DNA from: Bdellovibrionales bacterium
GTDB taxonomy: Bacteria > Bdellovibrionota > Bdellovibrionia > Bdellovibrionales > UBA1609
Reading direction: 5' to 3'
Assembly: GCA_965219095.1 (NCBI GenBank)
Contig: CBDCMT010000001.1
Location: 384,001 to 448,000, forward strand
DNA length: 64,000 nucleotides
Shown here: piece by piece, positions 53,732 through 64,000 of the stretch
Position numbering within the stretch: position 1 is the first letter of the stretch
Layout: every line of letters starts with the position of its first letter
Notes under the pieces: model-generated
Told to the model about the DNA's origin: nothing
The model's database searches: none
Seen by the model: only the letters and a program-made list of their open reading frames with translations
Made by a program: the position numbers and the translations under genes

Positions 53732-54698
53732 CTAAGAGTTTTTCTAATTCATCTTTAAGTACTCTGACAGCCACTTTAGGTAAAATTTCTCTCATAAAAA
53801 CCTTAAGCTCTTTTTGAGCTAGCTGTAAAATTTCTTGTCTGATAGCTTCTTCCATCATTTCTTTTTTAAAGTTCTTTTTTTCATCTTGAGATAGGGTTTT
53901 TACTCCTTGGGTCTGTTTTTGATCCAAAGAAAGCTCTTTAAAACCATCAATATTTTTTGTCACATTACCAATAGCTTTCTCCATATCTTTCATACCTTTT
54001 GTTTCTGATAAGCTAGAAGCTATGTTTTGATCTTTTCCTTTAAGCACCTGTCTTTCCGGCCTCAATGCTAGGTCTGGCTTTTTTTGAGAAGACTCTATGT
54101 TTTCTAAAGAGGGGTGATCAAACCAATGATCTAAAGCTCCAAGATCCCCTCCTAGAGGGCTTTGAGCTTCTTTGTTATTTTCTCTGGCCTTAACTTCAGA
54201 ATCATCCTCTTTCTTTTGAGAAACACTTTCGTCTTTTTTGTTTTCTGAACTAAGTTCATTCCACTCTTTTTCATCTTCTTCTATTTCCGGCATATCAGGA
54301 AAGATCATATGCTCTAAAGCAGGGTTAGTATCTAAAGAGGCTTCCGTATGTTTTAAGATCATCTCTCTTACCTGGCCAATATCAAAAGGTTTTTTTAAAT
54401 GATCACAAGCTCCACATTGTTGAAACTTCTCTCGATTGAGTTTCATAAAAGATGTCCACATTAAGATAACAGGCAAATGTTTAAAGTGATGCTTTAACTC
54501 CTTACACACTTCATAACCATTTTTTTTAGGTAAAAGCAGATCTAAAAACACAACATGAGGATTAAAGTTTTTAACACATTCAAAAACTTCATCACCTGAG
54601 TGAACGGACTTTACATCTACTGACATACCCTCTAAAGTGAGGTGAAACACTTGCTTTGAAGCAGGGTTTTCATCAGCAATCAAGACACATAGAGACAT
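53706..54698 (-). CDS. romR: RomR-like response regulator
   Basis: REC domain with ADE, acidic low-complexity linker, C-terminal ILPKVAVRVLKDELEKLL. Confidence 0.78.
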   Translation of the reverse strand: MSLCVLIADENPASKQVFHLTLEGMSVDVKSVHSGDEVFECVKNFNPHVVFLDLLLPKKNGYEVCKELKHHFKHLPVILMWTSFMKLNREKFQQCGACDHLKKPFDIGQVREMILKHTEASLDTNPALEHMIFPDMPEIEEDEKEWNELSSENKKDESVSQKKEDDSEVKARENNKEAQSPLGGDLGALDHWFDHPSLENIESSQKKPDLALRPERQVLKGKDQNIASSLSETKGMKDMEKAIGNVTKNIDGFKELSLDQKQTQGVKTLSQDEKKNFKKEMMEEAIRQEILQLAQKELKVFMREILPKVAVRVLKDELEKLLGEKNKGKL

Positions 54699-54823
54699 AG
54701 CAACAGTAAAGCCCTAAATGAAGACTTTCGTCAAGCAAACCTTTTACTTAGAACAAAAAATTTTAATCGTTAAAATTTGTAATTTTAGAAATAAGTTGCA
54801 GTGCACCTAAAGACCCCTTTAAA

Positions 54824-55963
54824 ATGATCTTAATGTTATCCGTTAAAGACAGAAAGATCCTTCTCTTATTTCTCAAGTTTTTTTTCATCTCTTTTGTTTT
54901 TCTCATCGTGCTATTTGCTTTTCTTAACTATATTACCATTCTTGCAAAATACTCCCCTGATCTTAAAAGACTTCCTATTTATTACCTCTACTTTTCAGGC
55001 ATGATCATCTACTGGATCTTTCCCATCAACTGTTTAATGGCCGCCTTTCTCACCCTTTCCTATCTCAATAGAAACAACGAAGTCCTTGCTTTTTTAAGTT
55101 TAGGCTACAGTTTAAAACAAGTGGCTTTACCTATTTTAACAGCTATTGCTTCACTTTGCATTCTTATGTTAAGTTTCAATCTAAACCTTCTGCCTTATAT
55201 GGTAAAAAAAAGAAAACAAATCTTCTATGAAGAGTTTAAGAAAAAACCCCACCTCTACTCCCTTTTAAAGATGAACAAGGTATGGTACCGCTATGAAAGA
55301 ACGTTCCTTAGTATAGAGATTTTTGAACCTAAACTAAAAAGAGCTCAAAAAATAAGCCTCTACATTTTCAATAAAGATTGGAGTCTAAAGTCTATTCTTC
55401 AAGCTGAAAGTGCTAGAATAGAAGCTCCCTACTGGTATTTACAAAACGGAACATCTATTACCTACGAAAAACAAACCCCTGTTGTGAAAAATTTTTTAGA
55501 ACAAAGCTTCCTTCTCAACGAAGAAGCAAGTCAGATCAAAAATATAGAAAATCTAACCTTTGCTTTAACAGGATCTGAACTCAGACAGTTTATTAAAAAA
55601 AATCGTCATTCAGGAATCTCTATAGCTGGTTATGAAGTGGATTACTACAACCGCTTTGCTCATACGATAGGTGCTTTACTTATGAGTTTGTTTGCCTTTT
55701 TATTTTTTCAAGTTGGCGAAAGACAAAATAAGGAAGTGATGAATTTTGCAGGCTGTGCTATCATCACCTTTAGTTTTTGGCTACTATCTAATATGTCTAT
55801 GAATTTAGGCCGACATCAGGCTCTCAACCCCTTTTTATCTGTATGGCTTCCTCCTTTACTCTTGTCTTTTCTCATGATGTTTCTCTTCAACCATCAAACA
55901 AAAGGTAGACTCTGGCATAGAGTCTGCATTTTTTTCAAGCTATTAGCAGGCTCTGGAAAATAA
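54824..55963 (+). CDS. lptG: LPS export permease LptF/LptG family
   Basis: LNRNNEVLAFLSLGYS, 3+3 TM segments around a periplasmic domain, WLPP. Confidence 0.85.
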   Translation: MILMLSVKDRKILLLFLKFFFISFVFLIVLFAFLNYITILAKYSPDLKRLPIYYLYFSGMIIYWIFPINCLMAAFLTLSYLNRNNEVLAFLSLGYSLKQVALPILTAIASLCILMLSFNLNLLPYMVKKRKQIFYEEFKKKPHLYSLLKMNKVWYRYERTFLSIEIFEPKLKRAQKISLYIFNKDWSLKSILQAESARIEAPYWYLQNGTSITYEKQTPVVKNFLEQSFLLNEEASQIKNIENLTFALTGSELRQFIKKNRHSGISIAGYEVDYYNRFAHTIGALLMSLFAFLFFQVGERQNKEVMNFAGCAIITFSFWLLSNMSMNLGRHQALNPFLSVWLPPLLLSFLMMFLFNHQTKGRLWHRVCIFFKLLAGSGK

Positions 55964-56274
55964 CACTAAATATTAAATGTATGGAGCATTTTTCTTTGCT
56001 TTTCACAAATGCACAATTGTTTTACAGCATCCAAATCGCTTGTATAAGTTTTTACACCTTTTAATAAGAAAGCACTTCCTTTCTCAAAGACAAGTCCTAA
56101 AGCATGTATCCGAAAAAAGCTAAAAAAATAACTTTACTTCACCGTCTAGAATTCGGTAAATAGAAAAAGAAAAAATGGATGACCAGCCTTTTTGAAAGAC
56201 TAGGACTTAAAAACCCTGATTAGAAGAGTTAGACTCATCTAAGAAGTAAATTCATAAAAAGGAGCTTACTATTA

Positions 56275-57140
56275 ACTCGAGTTTCGACTTTTATATATTT
56301 TTCAGAACCCCCTGTTCTTGAGTTTTAAGTTGAATGAAGGGTTTTTTAGGTTTTAAGCAAGTAAGAGATGAGAGTACCTAAAAGATTGATGACAAAGTTT
56401 TGTGAGCTACGATGGCGAGAATGCTCAAGATGAAACTCTCCTTTTAACACTCCAATCACTGACCTCCACAACAGAACGTTTTTTCAACATCAACTTGTCA
56501 AATAAGGGAATCAATTTATTTTCCATATTTAATTTGATGTTTGTAATAAGCTTAACTCCTTTCTTTAAAAGAAGTTTAAAAAGGTCTGATGAAATATAAC
56601 CTCTGTCCCCCAAAGAGTTTTCCCATAAACCCTTTACTATAAACCCATAACTTAGCTTTCGATCATCCACATTTTCCGGAGTTAAGGTAAAACTTAAAAG
56701 TTCTCCTAGGTAATTGATAACAATAGGGAGTTTAAATTCGAAGAACCAGCCTGTGACTTCTTTTACTTTTTTTAGCTAACTTTTGAAACACCTTATTTCG
56801 TCCTATTCTTTTATTTTTGAAGAAAAATCGATGTGGAATCAATAAATGATATGCCTGTGGTTTTACCCATAAGGCTTGTCGAGAAAAGAAACATAAAAAA
56901 AACCATGTTTTTTATGTTCACAAATCAGGAGTAAGACAACATTTCAAGAAAATAAGATTTAAGGTAGATTTCTGCAGACTGGTAGAAGGCTTTAAAATTC
57001 CTAAGCCTAAAACTTTGGAAAAGTAAGATAGAAAGTGATGATTTCTCTGGGAGATAGGCACAAGAAAAACCTCTTTTATTTTTGGCAAACCAGTTTTGGA
57101 TTGTTGTACGAGAGGGGTTAAAAAATCATCGATAAGAACA
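56275..57140 (-). pseudogene. IS982-family element, heavily decayed
   Basis: Homologous to 10913-11600 with many indels; end ACTCGAGTTTCGAC at 56275. Confidence 0.85.
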
Positions 57141-57365
57141 TATAGTGCTTCCGCTTAGGTTTTCCGTTTTTTTTTGAGTTGAGGTCTAGTTTTTATTCTA
57201 AGGCCTTGATAAAAAGTCATTTATTTTTAAAAATAGTTTCATATGTCAGGGTTTCTATCAAAAAAAGAGCGAAAAGATTTACTCTATGAACTATCTCTAG
57301 AGAAAAATCTTAAATACGCAAAAAGGATTATGACAATTCTCCATTTAGATAAAGGTAAGTTGTGT
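57141..57365 (+). mobile_element. IS630 type A, 5' fragment
   Basis: Same left end and ORF start as 41203; cut by IS66. Confidence 0.9.
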
Positions 57366-58106
57366 GTAACTGCTCACTCTCGTAAGTTTTTATTTAAAGC
57401 CATAGAGATGGCTTCTAAAGAAGAATACCCTCTATTTCTCATTGTTTTAACATAGCTGGTAATACGACAAAAATATTTCGCCATTTCTTCTGTTCTGAAA
57501 CACCCTGACACTTTCTTTTTCACTTTAGTCATTCTTAGATCTCTTTCAGCTCTGTTATTAGTAGGATCTACGTTCTTTCTTTTAGCAAAGCACAGTATTT
57601 CTGCTTCATACTTTTTAAATCGCAGCCAAAGGTTTTGAGCTTGTGTATGCTTTATTCGTCCTTTCTTGCCATTTTTCTTAGGAAATTCTGGAAGCTCTTT
57701 TAAGCCTTTTGTAAGAATACTCCTATACCTTCTCTGAAGAGTTTCGTACTCTTTTTGAGTCAGAACTCTTGACTCTTTTTTATGAACTAACTCCACAGTC
57801 TCTTTAAGAAGTTTTTTGAGATTTGTAGCCCATTTGAATCCATTGCTTTCTTCTATAAATTTAAGCTCTCTCAAAAGGTGAGCCACACACAAAGCATGAG
57901 TTATCTTATCATAACAAAAGTAAGGACTCCAACAATCATGCACAAGCACTCCTCCATATCTATCCAAGAGACCAATATCTTTTATGGCTTCCCTTCCACG
58001 TGAAAGGTGGAGAAACTGCAAGACTAATTCTCCTGAACTATAAGTATGAATCCAGTAGTTTTTACCCTTAACCCTCATAGAGGTCTCATCAACATGAATG
58101 ACCTCT
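57366..58106 (-). mobile_element. IS66 element, 3' half
   Basis: Right IR at 57366; homology ends at the fold-back junction (~58100). Confidence 0.92.
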
Positions 58107-58377
58107 ATGAGGGTTAAGGGTAAAAACTACTGGATTCATACTTTGAACTTCCCCTGTTTCTTAGGTGCTTTCATCCACAGATTCCCGGGAGGAACCCTTT
58201 TTTGTAACTGGATTTTTTAACATGAGTTACGGAAGAATCCACAACGCAAGAAGTTATTTCTTTTTACTCCTTCTCATATAAGTTATTCTTTTAACAAAGG
58301 ATAAGAGTCTTTTCCTTTAAAGTTAGAAAACAAGGCTCAAAGCCAAATAACAAAAATAAAAAAGGAGGGATTTTGTT

Positions 58378-58806
58378 ATGAAAAAATTTTTAATTGTAAC
58401 GGCTGTAAGTTTAGGGTTTTTAAATCCTATTTTTGCTATCAATGAGTTGGTGATATTTGCTGTAGATGTAATAGATAAACCACTAGACATATCTACTGAG
58501 ACTAATGAGAGCAAAGCGCAGGAAGATGACTGCAAAAGTGTGTTAAATAGTTTGGAAAAATTAAATAACAGAAACTTTAACTATACCAAAGAGATATCTA
58601 AATGGGTTTACTCCGTTGGAGACAATATCTACCGATGGGCAATCGCCTGCGAAAGAGGATGCCAAGATTCCCGTGGAGTCATGAAGGAGAGTGCTGGAAA
58701 CATGTATACATCAGCTAAAATCATTAACGATTTCAATCATACTTTTCAAGAAAGATCTGAAATTATTATAGAAAAACTCAAAAAATGTATGGGTGTTGAA
58801 AAATAG
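58378..58806 (+). CDS. Hypothetical secreted protein, 142 aa, 4 Cys (copy 1)
   Basis: AGGAGG RBS; signal peptide MKKFLIVTAVSLGFLNPIFA. Confidence 0.8.
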   Translation: MKKFLIVTAVSLGFLNPIFAINELVIFAVDVIDKPLDISTETNESKAQEDDCKSVLNSLEKLNNRNFNYTKEISKWVYSVGDNIYRWAIACERGCQDSRGVMKESAGNMYTSAKIINDFNHTFQERSEIIIEKLKKCMGVEK

Positions 58807-58828
58807 CGAGAGCCTGTAAACTAAAAGG

Positions 58829-58864
58829 AAAAACACTCTTCTCTTAAAAAGAAAGAGTGTTTTT
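58829..58864. terminator. Bidirectional intrinsic terminator (repeated in each unit)
   Basis: AAAAACACTCTT...AAGAGTGTTTTT between convergent genes. Confidence 0.7.
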
Positions 58865-58874
58865 TGCTATGAAC

Positions 58875-59761
58875 TTAATTTTTACAAAATTGACGATAAA
58901 AAAACTTCAAGAGTTTTGAATCAATATGAGTCGCTAAGTTGAAGTGAGTTTCATATCTTGTATTTGAAAGGTCTCCTAGATAAGAAAAGGATCTTTCATA
59001 AGGTATCACAGTATGGTGTAATTTCTCTGGGCCATAAACGCTGTAGGACACAAAAAGAGCTTTTTTATCATGCGGACATGAAAGGCTCATAAAAGCTCCT
59101 GAATTACCCTTCAAAGTAGGGCAATTATGTTTGAGAACATATTTAGAATAAAAACGGTTATAAGTATGAGAGAACAAACTTCTTTCTTGGCACCTGTAGG
59201 ATTTAAAATACTCTTTTTCTGATAAATCTTTTGAGACGGGAGGGGGAATGTTTAAGAGATGAAAATGGGTAGGGCTATAACTCATATGTGTATATAGAGT
59301 ACGACCAGATCCTGCACAAACTTCAAGCTCTTTTTTCCCAACCACTTTGTCAACATCCACTTCCAAAGTCTTTGGGAAATATATGTGAGACGGTAGAAGG
59401 ATAAGAGCTTGATCCACCCCCTCTAAAGGACTGTCTCCTGCATTACGAACTTCTTCTAAAAGGCAATTGTCATTTTTTTTAGATAAATAGCTCTGTGTGC
59501 AAATATTTTGTGATTTTTGAAGGTCTTGATAAGTTAAATAAAATTCAGGATGAAAAAGAGAAGTGGCAGAAACAACTCTAGCTACTATCTTTTTATTTTC
59601 CATAAGGCAATGACCTGCTGTTAAAATAAAAGCTCTAGAACACAATTTTTCTCTCCACTTTAAACGGATCACTAGACCCGAACATGTTTTCACATGCTCA
59701 GGCTTTCCCTTAATAGCACTAAAAATGGAAACAAGTCTTACAGAAGATTCATTGATTTTTT
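58875..59761 (-). CDS. Trypsin-like serine protease, 5'-truncated by IS66 (copy 1)
   Basis: CSG, LTAGHC, D.AL, GNSGA; frame stays open from 59693 up to the IS66 junction. Confidence 0.75.
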
Positions 59762-60618
59762 GTAACTGCTCACCTACATTGTTCAGTTATCCCTAACTTT
59801 AGACCTGTTTTAAGATAAAAGTCTTGCTCTTACAGATTTTCTTTTAAATACTCTTTTCAAATGACAATAAATAAGACCTCCATCAGAAATGAGATTGAAA
59901 ATATAAGAAGTGACTTTGATAAGCTTGCAAAGAAAGGTTCTGTGCCTACTGAGATTTCTGTGGTTTTTGAATCTCTCTTTAAGGTTGTGAACATTCTGAT
60001 TGTTGTGCTTTTAGAAAAACAGGTTCGAAAAAATTCCAGCAACAGCGGTCTTCCTCCTTCGCAAGATTTTAGTCGTCAAGGGAATCGTAATAAGAAAGCT
60101 AGTGGGAGTCAGAAAAAGGGCTCTAGACTTGATAACAGTAAAGATACAAACAGTGAGGAGACTGTCTCTCCCTCAGAGTGTTCTCAGTGTGGGATGTGTT
60201 TAAAGACAGCAGAGGTAAAAAGCCTTGAAAAGCGTAAAAAGATTGATATTTTTTATGAAATTCAGACCCATACTGTAACTTCTGAAGTTAAGGATTGTCC
60301 CTCATGTGGAGCTAGAAATAAAGGTCAATTCCCTAAAGGTATGAGTGGTCCTCTTCAGTATGGTATAGGCATTAGAGCTTCCATCATCAATTTCATTATA
60401 GTTCAGATGCTGTCTTTTAGAGCGTGTTGGGGAACATTACATGGGGCTTATAGGTCGAATGATTTCTCCTGCAGTTATGTTGAGATACATTGCTGAATTA
60501 GGAGAGTTTCTTAAAAGTTGGGAAGAGCAGATGAAAGAAAAGATACTTGAATCAGAGGTCATTCATGTTGATGAGACCTCTATGAGGGTTAAGGGTAAAA
60601 ACTACTGGATTCATACTT
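59762..60618 (+). mobile_element. IS66 element, 5' half, frameshifted
   Basis: Left IR at 59762; ends at an IS3 IR remnant. Confidence 0.92.
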
Positions 60619-60852
60619 TGAACTTCCCCTGTTTCTTAGGTGCTTTCATCCACAGATTCCCGGGAGGAACCCTTTTTTGTAACTGGATTTTTTAACATGA
60701 GTTACGGAAGAATCCACAACGCAAGAAGTTATTTCTTTTTACTCCTTCTCATATAAGTTATTCTTTTAACAAAGGATAAGAGTCTTTTCCTTTAAAGTTA
60801 GAAAACAAGGCTCAAAGCCAAATAACAAAAATAAAAAAGGAGGGATTTTGTT

Positions 60853-61281
60853 ATGAAAAAATTTTTAATTGTAACGGCTGTAAGTTTAGGGTTTTTAAAT
60901 CCTATTTTTGCTATCAATGAGTTGGTGATATTTGCTGTAGATGTAATAGATAAACCACTAGACATATCTACTGAGACTAATGAGAGCAAAGCGCAGGAAG
61001 ATGACTGCAAAAGTGTGTTAAATAGTTTGGAAAAATTAAATAACAGAAACTTTAACTATACCAAAGAGATATCTAAATGGGTTTACTCCGTTGGAGACAA
61101 TATCTACCGATGGGCAATCGCCTGCGAAAGAGGATGCCAAGATTCCCGTGGAGTCATGAAGGAGAGTGCTGGAAACATGTATACATCAGCTAAAATCATT
61201 AACGATTTCAATCATACTTTTCAAGAAAGATCTGAAATTATTATAGAAAAACTCAAAAAATGTATGGGTGTTGAAAAATAG
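60853..61281 (+). CDS. Hypothetical secreted protein (copy 2)
   Basis: Translation identical to 58378..58806. Confidence 0.8.
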   Translation: MKKFLIVTAVSLGFLNPIFAINELVIFAVDVIDKPLDISTETNESKAQEDDCKSVLNSLEKLNNRNFNYTKEISKWVYSVGDNIYRWAIACERGCQDSRGVMKESAGNMYTSAKIINDFNHTFQERSEIIIEKLKKCMGVEK

Positions 61282-61349
61282 CGAGAGCCTGTAAACTAAA
61301 AGGAAAAACACTCTTCTCTTAAAAAGAAAGAGTGTTTTTTGCTATGAAC

Positions 61350-62236
61350 TTAATTTTTACAAAATTGACGATAAAAAAACTTCAAGAGTTTTGAATCAAT
61401 ATGAGTCGCTAAGTTGAAGTGAGTTTCATATCTTGTATTTGAAAGGTCTCCTAGATAAGAAAAGGATCTTTCATAAGGTATCACAGTATGGTGTAATTTC
61501 TCTGGGCCATAAACGCTGTAGGACACAAAAAGAGCTTTTTTATCATGCGGACATGAAAGGCTCATAAAAGCTCCTGAATTACCCTTCAAAGTAGGGCAAT
61601 TATGTTTGAGAACATATTTAGAATAAAAACGGTTATAAGTATGAGAGAACAAACTTCTTTCTTGGCACCTGTAGGATTTAAAATACTCTTTTTCTGATAA
61701 ATCTTTTGAGACGGGAGGGGGAATGTTTAAGAGATGAAAATGGGTAGGGCTATAACTCATATGTGTATATAGAGTACGACCAGATCCTGCACAAACTTCA
61801 AGCTCTTTTTTCCCAACCACTTTGTCAACATCCACTTCCAAAGTCTTTGGGAAATATATGTGAGACGGTAGAAGGATAAGAGCTTGATCCACCCCCTCTA
61901 AAGGACTGTCTCCTGCATTACGAACTTCTTCTAAAAGGCAATTGTCATTTTTTTTAGATAAATAGCTCTGTGTGCAAATATTTTGTGATTTTTGAAGGTC
62001 TTGATAAGTTAAATAAAATTCAGGATGAAAAAGAGAAGTGGCAGAAACAACTCTAGCTACTATCTTTTTATTTTCCATAAGGCAATGACCTGCTGTTAAA
62101 ATAAAAGCTCTAGAACACAATTTTTCTCTCCACTTTAAACGGATCACTAGACCCGAACATGTTTTCACATGCTCAGGCTTTCCCTTAATAGCACTAAAAA
62201 TGGAAACAAGTCTTACAGAAGATTCATTGATTTTTT
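61350..62236 (-). CDS. Trypsin-like serine protease, 5'-truncated (copy 2)
   Basis: Translation identical to copy 1. Confidence 0.75.
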
Positions 62237-63096
62237 GTAACTGCTCACCTACATTGTTCAGTTATCCCTAACTTTTAGACCTGTTTTAAGATAAAAGTCT
62301 TGCTCTTACAGATTTTCTTTTAAATACTCTTTTCAAATGACAATAAATAAGACCTCCATCAGAAATGAGATTGAAAATATAAGAAGTGACTTTGATAAGC
62401 TTGCAAAGAAAGGTTCTGTGCCTACTGAGATTTCTGTGGTTTTTGAATCTCTCTTTAAGGTTGTGAACATTCTGATTGTTGTGCTTTTAGAAAAACAGGT
62501 TCGAAAAAATTCCAGCAACAGCGGTCTTCCTCCTTCGCAAGATTTTAGTCGTCAAGGGAATCGTAATAAGAAAGCTAGTGGGAGTCAGAAAAAAGGGCTC
62601 TAGACTTGATAACAGTAAAGATACAAACAGTGAGGAGACTGTCTCTCCCTCAGAGTGTTCTCAGTGTGGGATGTGTTTAAAGACAGCAGAGGTAAAAAGC
62701 CTTGAAAAGCGTAAAAAGATTGATATTTTTTATGAAATTCAGACCCATACTGTAACTTCTGAAGTTAAGGATTGTCCCTCATGTGGAGCTAGAAATAAAG
62801 GTCAATTCCCTAAAGGTATGAGTGGTCCTCTTCAGTATGGTATAGGCATTAGAGCTTCCATCATCAATTTCATTATAGTTCAGATGCTGTCTTTTAGAGC
62901 GTGTTGGGGAACATTACATGGGGCTTATAGGTCGAATGATTTCTCCTGCAGTTATGTTGAGATACATTGCTGAATTAGGAGAGTTTCTTAAAAGTTGGGA
63001 AGAGCAGATGAAAGAAAAGATACTTGAAATCAGAGGTCATTCATGTTGATGAGACCTCTATGAGGGTTAAGGGTAAAAACTACTGGATTCATACTT
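62237..63096 (+). mobile_element. IS66 element, 5' half (second unit)
   Basis: As 59762-60618, plus three homopolymer +1 differences. Confidence 0.92.
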
Positions 63097-63330
63097 TGAA
63101 CTTCCCCTGTTTCTTAGGTGCTTTCATCCACAGATTCCCGGGAGGAACCCTTTTTTGTAACTGGATTTTTTAACATGAGTTACGGAAGAATCCACAACGC
63201 AAGAAGTTATTTCTTTTTACTCCTTCTCATATAAGTTATTCTTTTAACAAAGGATAAGAGTCTTTTCCTTTAAAGTTAGAAAACAAGGCTCAAAGCCAAA
63301 TAACAAAAATAAAAAAGGAGGGATTTTGTT

Positions 63331-63759
63331 ATGAAAAAATTTTTAATTGTAACGGCTGTAAGTTTAGGGTTTTTAAATCCTATTTTTGCTATCAATGAGT
63401 TGGTGATATTTGCTGTAGATGTAATAGATAAACCACTAGACATATCTACTGAGACTAATGAGAGCAAAGCGCAGGAAGATGACTGCAAAAGTGTGTTAAA
63501 TAGTTTGGAAAAATTAAATAACAGAAACTTTAACTATACCAAAGAGATATCTAAATGGGTTTACTCCGTTGGAGACAATATCTACCGATGGGCAATCGCC
63601 TGCGAAAGAGGATGCCAAGATTCCCGTGGAGTCATGAAGGAGAGTGCTGGAAACATGTATACATCAGCTAAAATCATTAACGATTTCAATCATACTTTTC
63701 AAGAAAGATCTGAAATTATTATAGAAAAACTCAAAAAATGTATGGGTGTTGAAAAATAG
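63331..63759 (+). CDS. Hypothetical secreted protein (copy 3)
   Basis: Identical translation; followed by the 3' end of protease copy 3 (63828 to window end). Confidence 0.8.
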   Translation: MKKFLIVTAVSLGFLNPIFAINELVIFAVDVIDKPLDISTETNESKAQEDDCKSVLNSLEKLNNRNFNYTKEISKWVYSVGDNIYRWAIACERGCQDSRGVMKESAGNMYTSAKIINDFNHTFQERSEIIIEKLKKCMGVEK

Positions 63760-64000
63760 CGAGAGCCTGTAAACTAAAAGGAAAAACACTCTTCTCTTAA
63801 AAAGAAAGAGTGTTTTTTGCTATGAACTTAATTTTTACAAAATTGACGATAAAAAAACTTCAAGAGTTTTGAATCAATATGAGTCGCTAAGTTGAAGTGA
63901 GTTTCATATCTTGTATTTGAAAGGTCTCCTAGATAAGAAAAGGATCTTTCATAAGGTATCACAGTATGGTGTAATTTCTCTGGGCCATAAACGCTGTAGG

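Larger units (their letters stand above)
58100..64000 (+). repeat. Tandem amplification, unit 2475-2478 bp, at least 2.4 copies, runs off the window
   Basis: Units start at 58100, 60575 and 63053; identical ORFs at 58378/60853/63331 and 58875/61350. Confidence 0.95.

Noticed and set aside
62270..63030. Three +1 differences between amplicon units as real divergence
   Set aside because: All lie in homopolymer runs, consistent with long-read error; not used for dating.
71..63488. Many 60-110-aa ORFs antisense to or overlapping real genes and transposases (e.g. 71..256, 8579..8803, 38331..38657, 58323..58535)
   Set aside because: Shadow ORFs without motifs or RBS; they recur only because the host element is repeated.
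58100..64000. Tandem units as an integrated plasmid or prophage
   Set aside because: No replication, integrase or phage genes; unit boundaries lie within IS66 sequence.

Overview
AT-rich bacterial chromosome segment, most likely Bdellovibrionota/Oligoflexia. Evidence: dnaX-ybaB-recR-mglA without mglB, MglA with Ser21, RomR, a PilZ protein and sigma28-like promoters. Housekeeping blocks (trmL-rmuC-maiA, FAH-purN, metG, icd/arginase, ETF-QO, pyrB, ffs-dnaX, caa3 oxidase operon, birA-nadC-romR, lptG) alternate with dense nests of insertion sequences from nine families (IS630, IS1634, IS256, IS481, IS3, IS982, IS110, IS66, ISL3). The window opens with the distal part of a type I R-M locus (hsdS, rhuM-Fic, hsdR, M48). 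Features absent from the ORF track include a shattered DUF1016 + Druantia DruA-like remnant, an IS110 pseudogene with a 3' non-coding region (candidate bridge/seek RNA), a ~74-bp IS630-derived MITE in three copies, and a 395-bp mini-IS1634 flanked by an 88-bp duplication. The window ends in a fold-back junction followed by a ~2.48-kb tandem amplification of a secreted-protein gene and a truncated trypsin-like protease gene. No CRISPR array, tRNA or rRNA was seen. All calls were made by eye from motifs; no searches were run.
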